Source: Candidatus Poribacteria bacterium
Lineage (GTDB): Bacteria; Poribacteria; WGA-4E; WGA-3G
Assembly: GCA_963663765.2 (NCBI GenBank)
Contig: CAXXUA010000010.1
Span: forward strand, 1-25,277
Reading direction: 5' to 3'
Length of the DNA: 25,277 nt
The notes beneath the pieces are model-generated. The model ran no database searches. It was not told where the DNA came from and worked only from the letters and a program-made list of their open reading frames with translations. A program made the translations under genes and the position numbers. Shown piece by piece: positions 17,787 to 25,277 of this stretch (within the stretch, counting starts at the first letter, position 1; each line of letters starts with the position of its first letter).

Positions 17787-17796
17787 ATGTATAACC

Positions 17797-17983
17797 CGCA
17801 CTCAGAACTGAAAAGGCAAAACGGTGGTGAGTGCTTACGGAACTGAAAGTTCCAAAACTAAAAGGTTAGTAGAATAGATTCTTTCCCTGAATCTGTTCTT
17901 TATATTTGATAAGTAATTGAATTTACAATAACTTTGAATAGGTATTTCTCGGGTTGTCCGGTTATTAGGTGCTGAACACCCGA
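17797..17983 (+). other. Structured 5' leader, candidate cis-regulatory RNA
   Basis: Stems GCACTCA/TGAGTGC, GGAAC/GTTCC, AGAATAGATTC/GAATCTGTTCT with a T-rich tail, and TCGGGT/ACCCGA. Confidence 0.4.
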
Positions 17984-18030
17984 AAGGTTAATTAATAATT
18001 AGTAAGATTTTATTTAGAGGAGAACAAATA

Positions 18031-21000
18031 ATGAACCTGTCAAATAAATTGACATTTCACATAGTTTTTGCTGTGTTGTTTGCTGTTGGGATAATTTTTG
18101 CCCCAGCCGTGATGGCAGCGGAAAACGGTCCGACAGCGACCATCGTTATTGACGACTCACCAGCGATAGGTCCTGGTCCTGATGGTGATATAGACATGGT
18201 AGGTGACAACACTTCAGCAGATACAACGGATGGCGATAATGTATTGCTGACAAATACAGCTCGTACGGAACTTGCAGCGCCTGGTGAGACAGGTAATTTT
18301 CGTGTGAAGGTCACATTTAGTGAACCTGTTTTTGCAGATGCTGATCAGACCGATGTAGATGCAGCAACACTTGCAGCGGGTGATCTTGGTACTGGTACAG
18401 ATGAGTGGGGTATCGTGGCTGGCGCAGTTGTCGGTGGTACAGAGTTATCTGGTATAAGCATCTCAAGTGTTAGCCGAGTTGACACAAGGACTGCAGCGCA
18501 AATTGAAGCTGAGGATCCTGCAACTGAAGTATGGTCCAAGACCGAATTTCTGGTAACACTTTCAGTTTCTCATGATGATACACCGTTAGTATTGACCCTT
18601 ACACTCAACGCTGATGCTGTTTTCGGTGTTGGCACGGCTTTTCGAATTGTAAACGGAGTTCCACAGGCAGCAGTTCCTGGGATAGGTAGCCAAGAAGCAA
18701 GTAAGACTTTTACTATCATTCCGAAGACACTGTTAAGGCCGAATGTAGCAAAGTCTAAAACAAAGATTGGACTTGATGAAGATGTTAGGGTTACGTTAAC
18801 GTTTTCTACTGAACCCGCAGATGCGGATAAACCCAGACGTGCAGATCCCATTGCTGACCCCGCTGTTACAAGTAACTTTACAATTACAAATGGATTTCTT
18901 GTTGCCGATGACCCTGACACCACAGATGTTGATGAAGGATTACTGGTAAACTCCGATAAGACAGAATATACATTTGTCATTGTTCCTCAAGGTGGTATTG
19001 GTGACTTCTTTGATATTGAATTAGAAGCGGTAGCTGGAGCTCCTTTTATCCTATCGGCAGTAATTAAAGTAGACAGTCGTCCACTATCACAACGGATTGA
19101 TATCACAACAGATTCTAATGCAGGTGATCGAAAAGGTGGCGTGGCGTTTACAGTCAAAATTGAATATACTGTCGCACCATCAGCTAATCTTACCGCCGCT
19201 GGTGTTACAGTTACGGATGGTACAAAAGGAACGTTCAACAGACAATCATCAACTGTATACACTTTGGTTATTGATCCTGACGATCCTGCACCGGGCGCAA
19301 CGGGTAGAGTAACAGTCTCCGTTGGACAGTATAGTCAGAATTTCTCTATACCTGGTGCTGATGTAGATACTGAGACTGAGACTGAGACTGATCCAGGCGA
19401 TGTAACGTCTCGTGTCACAAGCGATTCAATTGAAATTCCAAAAAATAGTTTTGTCGTTGTTGTCAGAGATGCTACACTGCCGTTGATGGATGCCGATGGT
19501 GTCATAACGAAACCAGTCCCCGATGGACAGGTATTCCGTACAGGTGTTAATAAGGTAGCATGGTCAGCACCGGATGCAGATAACGTTATGCCGGACCTTA
19601 GAACACTTTTTGATAGAAACGCACCTGGTGGTGGTGGTGCACTCATTGTTGAAGATGCTGCAGGAGACAGTGGTACTATCGGTGTCGGAAGAGTCGGTAT
19701 CAGTGAAATCATGTGGGGTATTGATGAAGGCAAACTCGGTGATGAAGCCGGTGAAAAAGCTTCACAGTGGATTGAACTACACAATATTTCAAGTACTGAT
19801 GTTACTGTTACATTGACCTCATTGACCGGGCGTGAAATTACTGAAGAAAGTGCTATCACAGGGAGTCTCTCAGCACCTACAATAGATGTTGTGACGAACT
19901 TCTTTGACAATAGACCGGGGTTCGGAGCATGGGATGTACCGGGAGCAAACGGTAACAGTCTTACTGGTGGAAATTTCACCTCAATGTCACGTATTCTACC
20001 GGATAAGAAGTCTGCTTATGCCGATGCCGATGGTGCACGTTATAGCAATCGGGATGGACGAAACGACGGTCATTGGTCTACATCCGATACACCGTATATA
20101 CGTAGGTCAACGATTTATAACGATGTAACTGTGATTTATGAATATCATGGTACACCCGGACAAGTCAATTCGTTTAGACCCGAAACGCAACCGCATTTAA
20201 GAGATAGTCGTACAAGTGTTTCAAGCAATAAGGTTATCATTAACGAGGTTGCAAACCGTGCTAATGCACAAAAACAGTATGAGTGGATTGAACTTCGCAA
20301 TGTCTCCAGTAGTACAATTAATCTACGGAAATATAGAATTTCTAAGGTTACCAGTAATTCAAGTGACCAACTTCTAATTGATTTTCCGAACGATGATAAA
20401 ACGAAAATTGGAGCAGGACAAGTGCTGCTTTTAGTTGCATCTAATCCAGCAACAGATTTAGAACATCCGCTTCTTCCTGGACGCAATGTTGATAAGACGG
20501 AAGCAGAACATCTACAACATGAATGGAACAGTCCAGTTCGGTATAAGGTCATATCTTTCCAAAATAACGGTCTACCAGACGATGGTAAGTTCGTGTTGAT
20601 CGTGCGCAGACCCGACAATGCAGCTAAAAATGACCATGCTGAACTCGGTGCTAATGATCTGGATAAAATTGAAGATATTGCTGGATGGGACGACAATCTG
20701 TCCAAATCCAACTATTCTAATTCAGTTTCATCCACCGAGTTATGGCCACTGAAAGCGTTTAAGGTACCTTTAACGGACAAAAACAGTTTAAAAGTAAACA
20801 CTGTTCATCGTCGTCAGCATGTCACGACAAACGATGGTCGTAGTGGTGTTGGTGGAAATGGAAATCGCACCGGAGATGGTGATGCAGCATTCCGCGATGT
20901 TGGTTTCACAGGTGTTGGTTATAAACGTAGAATTACCAGTGGTAATATGTTTGGCGGAACACCTGGGTATGATAACGGCACACAGAAGTCATCTGGTAGT

Positions 21001-22095
21001 GCTGTCACAAGTCCAGTTTATATAAGTGAATTTATGTATGCTGATGGACCGGGTGGTGCATTACCACAGTGGATTGAACTACGTAATCCATCAAAAACTG
21101 TTGGTGTTAACTTACATAACTGGCGGCTGACCATCATCAATCATGATAGTATTGATGCTGCAGGTACAGAATGGCAAGGTAAACCTGATGCAAGTATCCT
21201 GCTTAATAATTTGAAACTTGATCCGAATTCTACTGTGCTGATTACCTCAGCCAGAGCGACTCGGAGTCAATTATACATGCCATCAGCTGATGTCTTCGTA
21301 TTGTATCCAACTCATAGGTCAACCTTCGGTATGACAGGTCCTGGCGATGATATTTTCAATCTCTATGGTTTTACACTCACACTACACACCAAAGGCAACG
21401 AAGCAAGTAGTAAGTGGGAGTTAGTTGACGAAATCAGCAACCTCGCTGCACGTAGAACAGCAGAACGAGGTGAGAGAACTGATACCGAACGTTATGATCC
21501 GCCACGATGGGCATGGCCTGATGCACACACCGCTGAGGGAGATCGTATCTCGCTTGCTCGTGCGAATGACGTTATGAATGATGGAAGTGGATCATTCACC
21601 AGTGGAATTTCTGACGGCACAGAACCAGGTGGTTGGATACTTTCCAACGCTGATGGTAGAACCGAAAGAATTGATCTCGTCTACTATGGAAACAAAGACG
21701 ATATTAGCACACCAGGTCAAACAGTGAAATCACCTTTGCCTGTAAACTTGTCCTCATTCCGTCCAGCATTGGAAAACGGCGAAGTCGTTATCCGTTGGAC
21801 AACCGAATCCGAACTTGACAACGCTGGATTTAATGTCTATCGTAGTGAAATTCGTGATGGTGAATTTGAGCAGGTCAACGCAGAGTTGATTCAAGGTGCT
21901 GGCACAACCGGTGAACGTAATACTTACAAATGGGTTGATGCTTCGGCGAAACCCGATGCTGTATATTACTACCAAATAGAAGATGTATCTTTCGCAGGTG
22001 AGCGTCAAATGCTTGCTACTACCAAGTTGAAAGGTTTGCTCTCGGCCAAGAACAAACTGACAACGACTTGGGGCGATTTGAAATTACAAGACTAA
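18031..22095 (+). CDS. Large secreted/surface protein: signal peptide, acidic beta-rich Ig-like region, three lamin-tail-like domains, C-terminal Ig-like domain and KLTTTWGDLK tail
   Basis: GAGGAG RBS; hydrophobic N-terminus ending VMA-A. ISEIMW..QWIELHN, INEVAN..EWIELRN and ISEFMY..QWIELRN; LPVNLSSF..WTTESELDNAGFNVYRS. Confidence 0.85.
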   Translation: MNLSNKLTFHIVFAVLFAVGIIFAPAVMAAENGPTATIVIDDSPAIGPGPDGDIDMVGDNTSADTTDGDNVLLTNTARTELAAPGETGNFRVKVTFSEPVFADADQTDVDAATLAAGDLGTGTDEWGIVAGAVVGGTELSGISISSVSRVDTRTAAQIEAEDPATEVWSKTEFLVTLSVSHDDTPLVLTLTLNADAVFGVGTAFRIVNGVPQAAVPGIGSQEASKTFTIIPKTLLRPNVAKSKTKIGLDEDVRVTLTFSTEPADADKPRRADPIADPAVTSNFTITNGFLVADDPDTTDVDEGLLVNSDKTEYTFVIVPQGGIGDFFDIELEAVAGAPFILSAVIKVDSRPLSQRIDITTDSNAGDRKGGVAFTVKIEYTVAPSANLTAAGVTVTDGTKGTFNRQSSTVYTLVIDPDDPAPGATGRVTVSVGQYSQNFSIPGADVDTETETETDPGDVTSRVTSDSIEIPKNSFVVVVRDATLPLMDADGVITKPVPDGQVFRTGVNKVAWSAPDADNVMPDLRTLFDRNAPGGGGALIVEDAAGDSGTIGVGRVGISEIMWGIDEGKLGDEAGEKASQWIELHNISSTDVTVTLTSLTGREITEESAITGSLSAPTIDVVTNFFDNRPGFGAWDVPGANGNSLTGGNFTSMSRILPDKKSAYADADGARYSNRDGRNDGHWSTSDTPYIRRSTIYNDVTVIYEYHGTPGQVNSFRPETQPHLRDSRTSVSSNKVIINEVANRANAQKQYEWIELRNVSSSTINLRKYRISKVTSNSSDQLLIDFPNDDKTKIGAGQVLLLVASNPATDLEHPLLPGRNVDKTEAEHLQHEWNSPVRYKVISFQNNGLPDDGKFVLIVRRPDNAAKNDHAELGANDLDKIEDIAGWDDNLSKSNYSNSVSSTELWPLKAFKVPLTDKNSLKVNTVHRRQHVTTNDGRSGVGGNGNRTGDGDAAFRDVGFTGVGYKRRITSGNMFGGTPGYDNGTQKSSGSAVTSPVYISEFMYADGPGGALPQWIELRNPSKTVGVNLHNWRLTIINHDSIDAAGTEWQGKPDASILLNNLKLDPNSTVLITSARATRSQLYMPSADVFVLYPTHRSTFGMTGPGDDIFNLYGFTLTLHTKGNEASSKWELVDEISNLAARRTAERGERTDTERYDPPRWAWPDAHTAEGDRISLARANDVMNDGSGSFTSGISDGTEPGGWILSNADGRTERIDLVYYGNKDDISTPGQTVKSPLPVNLSSFRPALENGEVVIRWTTESELDNAGFNVYRSEIRDGEFEQVNAELIQGAGTTGERNTYKWVDASAKPDAVYYYQIEDVSFAGERQMLATTKLKGLLSAKNKLTTTWGDLKLQD

Positions 22096-22140
22096 TCAGG
22101 GATATTCTAAACTAACCTAGATATTCTTACTAACCTTACC

Positions 22141-22184
22141 AACAGAATAAGCGATGGACGCTCGTCCATCGCTTATTCTGTTTT
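22141..22184 (+). terminator. Intrinsic terminator with a perfect 19-20 bp stem
   Basis: AACAGAATAAGCGATGGACG-CT-CGTCCATCGCTTATTCTGTT(TT), 45 nt after the stop codon. Confidence 0.85.
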
Positions 22185-22248
22185 GCGGGTGTGTCCGCAC
22201 TCACCCGCAGTCGTGTCGGCCCTAAACTGCAGGCGTGCTTTGTCCGCT

Positions 22249-22895
22249 CTTTAGTCCCGTAGGGACGATATGTTTATAGAAAACCAGTGCCTCCAAGGTC
22301 TTTAGTCCCGTAGGGACGATATGTTTATAGATAAAGCATTTCCTCCAAGGTCTTTAGTCCCGTAGGGACGATATGTTTATAGAAAACCAGTGCCTCCAAG
22401 GTCTTTAGTCCCGTAGGGACGCTATGTTTATAGAAAAGCATTTCCTCCAAGGTCTTTAGTCCCGTAGGGACGATATGTTTATAGATAAAGCATTTCCTCC
22501 AAGGTCTTTAGTCCCGTAGGGACGATATGTTTATAGATAAAGCATTTCCTCCAAGGTCTTTAGTCCCGTAGGGACGCTATGTTTATAGAAAAGCATTTCC
22601 TCCAAGGTCTTTAGTCCCGTAGGGACGCTATGTTTATAGAAAACCATTTCCTCCAAGGTCTTTAGTCCCGTAGGGACGCTATGTTTATAGATAAAGCATT
22701 TCCTCCAAGGTCTTTAGTCCCGTAGGGACGATATGTTTATAGAATAGGAACAGCATATAAGAATAAACATATCGTCCCTACGGGACTAAAGAGGGTGGGT
22801 GGGGTTCTTGTTTTCTATAAACATAGCGTCCCTACGGGACTAAAGAGGTTTTTTCACCGATTTCTATAAACATATCGTCCCTACGGGACTAAAGA
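22249..22895. repeat. REP family C array: 10 tandem 51-52 bp units followed by 3 inverted units
   Basis: TCTTTAGTCCCGTAGGGACG(A/C)TATGTTTATAGA plus a near-constant linker ending CCTCCAAGG. Confidence 0.92.
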
Positions 22896-22944
22896 CACAG
22901 ACAAGATAGTATCCCATAAAAAATAACGGCATAGCAAATAAATC

Positions 22945-23131
22945 GGCGCGCTAACAAAGCACGCATGCAGTTTTTTGGAGTATGGGGCGCGCGGACGAAG
23001 CACGCCTGCAGTTGATGGTGGGGATGGCGCGCTTACAAAGCACGCCTGCAGTGGGGGTGGGGATGGCGCGCGGACAAAGCACGCCTGCAGGTGAGGGCGG
23101 GGATGGCGCGCGGACATAGCACGCTTGCAGT
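22945..23131. repeat. REP family A cluster (5 units)
   Basis: GGCGCGC(TTACAA/GGACAA)AGCACGCCTGCAG variants. Confidence 0.85.
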
Positions 23132-23156
23132 TGGGTACATCCCAAACAGAAACACT

Positions 23157-23185
23157 TTGCAATCTACCATCAAACATGATATAAT
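23157..23185 (+). promoter_or_regulatory. sigma70 promoter TTGCAA-N17-TATAAT with an extended -10
   Basis: Direct match; AGGAGG at 23225-23230 lies downstream. Confidence 0.65.
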
Positions 23186-23244
23186 TACATAGATAAGATT
23201 GGATTTTCTTACACAACTTTACTCAGGAGGACAATATTAAACCG

Positions 23245-24492
23245 ATGAAACCGTTCTTACTTATTCTAACCACACTCACACTACTTGCAACGAATGTGCA
23301 ATCCGAAGAGATCACTTATAGCGAACATATCGCACCCATCCTACAGAAACAGTGCCAATCCTGCCACCGACAAGGTGAGGTTGCGCCATTTTCGTTGACC
23401 GACTACCGTGAAGCGAAAGCGTGGGCAACTGAAATCGCAGAATACACTAAAGCCAAGCTAATGCCGCCTTGGAAACCCGCACACGGCTACGGCGAATTCA
23501 AAAATGAAAGACGACTCACAGACAAAGAAATCAAAATGATTAGCAAGTGGGCAGCAGCAGGTGCACCTGCAGGTGATCTCTCAAAGACACCCCCCAACCC
23601 GACATTCCATCAAGGATGGATACTCGGTGAACCTGACCACCTCGTTGAAATGCCTGTTGAATACGAGATTGAACCGGAAGGTGAAGACGAATACCGACAC
23701 TTCATTATACCCACCAACTTTGATACAGATATGTATGTCCAAGCCGTTGATGTGCAACCGGGTAATCGCAAGACCGTGCATCATGTCATCGTCTATTTGG
23801 ATACTAAAGGTCAGGCGCGGAAACGTGCTGCAAGAGACCCGAAACCCGGCTATGTCACACAAGGCACAGGTCCCGGTATTGAAGTTGCGGGTACACTTGG
23901 GGGATGGGCGCCCGGTGTTACGCCGTCTGTGCTGCCAAATGGTGTCGGGTATCTACTGCCAAAAGGCGCGGACATTGTGCTACAGGTGCATTACTACCGC
24001 ACTGGACACACCGAACGCGACCAATCCAAAGTTGCACTCTACTTCTCAAAGACCGAGAAGACGACTCCCTTGCATATTGCATCCATGATCAACCAAAAAT
24101 TCGTAATCCCCGCAGGTAAAGCAAAACATGCTGTCAGAACACATAAACAGGTGAAGCAAGACAGTTATCTATTAGCTACGATGCCGCACATGCATCTCCT
24201 CGGCCGCGACATGCATATCACTGCAAAACCACCAACGGGTGACCCGATTGACCTTATCTGGATACAGGATTGGGATTTCAACTGGCAGGACATCTATCAT
24301 TACAACAAACCGATTTTCCTACCAGCAGGCACGCGTGTCTCCCTCGTTGCGCACTTCGACAACTCCGCAGAGAACCCCGCCAACCCGCATGACCCACCTG
24401 TCCCTGTCGGTTGGGGTGACAAAACCACAGATGAAATGTGTATCGGATTCTTGTATCTCGTTGATGCAAACAAATTTCAACCTGGGGAATAG
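23245..24492 (+). CDS. Exported protein with an N-terminal c-type heme motif and a copper type II ascorbate-dependent monooxygenase-like (PHM/PNGase F fold) domain
   Basis: Signal peptide; CQSCH..MPPW; VHHVIV, LQVHY, PHMHLLG, WDFNWQ and DEMC match the PHM CuH (HH..H) and CuM (HxH..M) ligand pattern. Confidence 0.8.
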   Translation: MKPFLLILTTLTLLATNVQSEEITYSEHIAPILQKQCQSCHRQGEVAPFSLTDYREAKAWATEIAEYTKAKLMPPWKPAHGYGEFKNERRLTDKEIKMISKWAAAGAPAGDLSKTPPNPTFHQGWILGEPDHLVEMPVEYEIEPEGEDEYRHFIIPTNFDTDMYVQAVDVQPGNRKTVHHVIVYLDTKGQARKRAARDPKPGYVTQGTGPGIEVAGTLGGWAPGVTPSVLPNGVGYLLPKGADIVLQVHYYRTGHTERDQSKVALYFSKTEKTTPLHIASMINQKFVIPAGKAKHAVRTHKQVKQDSYLLATMPHMHLLGRDMHITAKPPTGDPIDLIWIQDWDFNWQDIYHYNKPIFLPAGTRVSLVAHFDNSAENPANPHDPPVPVGWGDKTTDEMCIGFLYLVDANKFQPGE

Positions 24493-24515
24493 TAGGCGTG
24501 TGTTTCTTCGGAACG

Positions 24516-24964
24516 GTAGGCGGGGAATGCCATACGCGCATTCATACCGTTGATTTGGTGCTTTGTAAGCGCGCTGCACACTCAACTGCGGGGCGCGCTT
24601 ACAAAGCACGCCTGCAGTTGAGTGTGCGGCGTGGTTTGTAAGCGCGCCCCCCTACGTTCCCCTGACTGCAGGCGTGGTTTGTAAGCGCGCCCCCCTACGT
24701 TCCCCTGACTGCAGGCGTGCTTTGTAAGCGCGCTCCCTACGTTCCCCCTGACTGCAGGCGTGCTTTGTAAGCGCGCTCCCTACGTTCCCCTGACTGCAGG
24801 CGTGCTTTGTAAGCGCGCTCCCTACGTTCCCCTGACTGCAGGCGTGCTTTGTAAGCGCGCCTCGCCCTCAACTGCAGGCGTGCTTTGTAAGCCGCGCCCT
24901 CGCCCTCAACTGCAGGCGTGCTTTGTAAGCGCGCTCCGTGACTGTGCGTGCTTTGTAAGCACGT
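24516..24964. repeat. REP family A cluster directly upstream of the RAYT gene, with ~42-bp tandem units; the first unit carries a 36-bp micro-element (24522-24557)
   Basis: CTGCAGGCGTGCTTTGTAAGCGCGCTCCCTACGTTCCCCTGA repeated. Confidence 0.9.
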
Positions 24965-24996
24965 TTAAAAACTAATAACTGAAATATAAGACAAAT

Positions 24997-25277
24997 ATGG
25001 ATACTGTAAAAACATATCGTAGTCAAGAATTACGCAAAGGTAGACACTCTATCCAAGGGGCATACTATCATGTCACGACTGTAACGTATAAGCGTAAACC
25101 TATTCTTGCAAACGACGCAACTGCGTCCATCATTATAGGTGCCTTTAATTGGTTGAAAAAGAAGACCGTATTAGATGGATTTGTATTATGATAATGCCAG
25201 ATCACCTGCATACAGTTTTTCAGCTTGGTGAGACACATGACCTATCCAATGTAATACACTCTCTAAAAAGGTATACA
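24997..25277 (+). CDS. REP-associated tyrosine transposase (RAYT / TnpA-REP, Y1 HUH family); 5' part only, frameshifted at the A5 run 25156-25160
   Basis: LRKGRHS..GAYYHVTTVTYKRKPIL. After the frame change: EDRIRWICIMIMPDHLHTVFQL..LSNVIHSLKRYT (MPDHLH is the HUH motif). REPs are adjacent. Confidence 0.88.

Noticed and set aside
17200-17790. Replication origin in the AT-rich region
   Set aside because: I found no cluster of DnaA boxes (TTATCCACA); the recurring motif is -35/-10 pairs.
17800-17870. c-di-GMP-I riboswitch suggested by GGCAAA and GAAA
   Set aside because: The following GACGCAAAG element and the second stem pattern are absent.
18057-22008. Antisense and alternate-frame ORFs within the large secreted gene, and likewise within infB, nrnA, ribF and rpn
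   Set aside because: They are shadow ORFs of real genes with no independent signals.
22249-22895. CRISPR array call (also for 912-1288, 12180-13309, 16110-16470 and 24625-24960)
   Set aside because: Linkers are near-identical within each array and only 10-35 nt long, most arrays include inverted units, the same cores occur as dispersed copies, and no cas genes are present.

Overview
A bacterial chromosomal segment of about 43% GC, estimated by eye. Ca. Poribacteria is my inferred source, from the lamin-tail-domain secreted protein ending in KLTTTWGDLK and the extreme repeat load. The backbone is a minus-strand translation operon: rimP-nusA-ylxR-infB-DUF503-rbfA-nrnA-ribF. truB is missing and ribF carries a 1-nt frameshift. 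The operon is interrupted by a ~1.2-kb REP/MITE-derived tandem array (nusA-ylxR) and a ~4-kb insert (infB-DUF503) holding two near-identical Rpn-like genes and an oxidoreductase remnant. Plus-strand genes encode a ThuA-like protein, a 1354-aa secreted protein, a CxxCH/copper-monooxygenase-like protein, and the start of a REP-associated tyrosine transposase (RAYT). Almost every intergenic region is a mosaic of at least six REP-like hairpin families and short terminal motifs. Most notable: (1) a 34-36 bp micro-element (CAAATCAACG plus a hairpin) inserted with no apparent target duplication at C^G steps in other repeats and in itself, with filled and empty sites both visible; (2) six stacked near-consensus sigma70 promoters and a structured leader before the giant secreted protein; (3) leaderless Rpn genes with an internal GGAGG-ATG start, where the second copy may encode only the small antitoxin form. 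The tandem arrays resemble CRISPRs but lack unique spacers. All coordinates and counts were read by eye and no searches were run.
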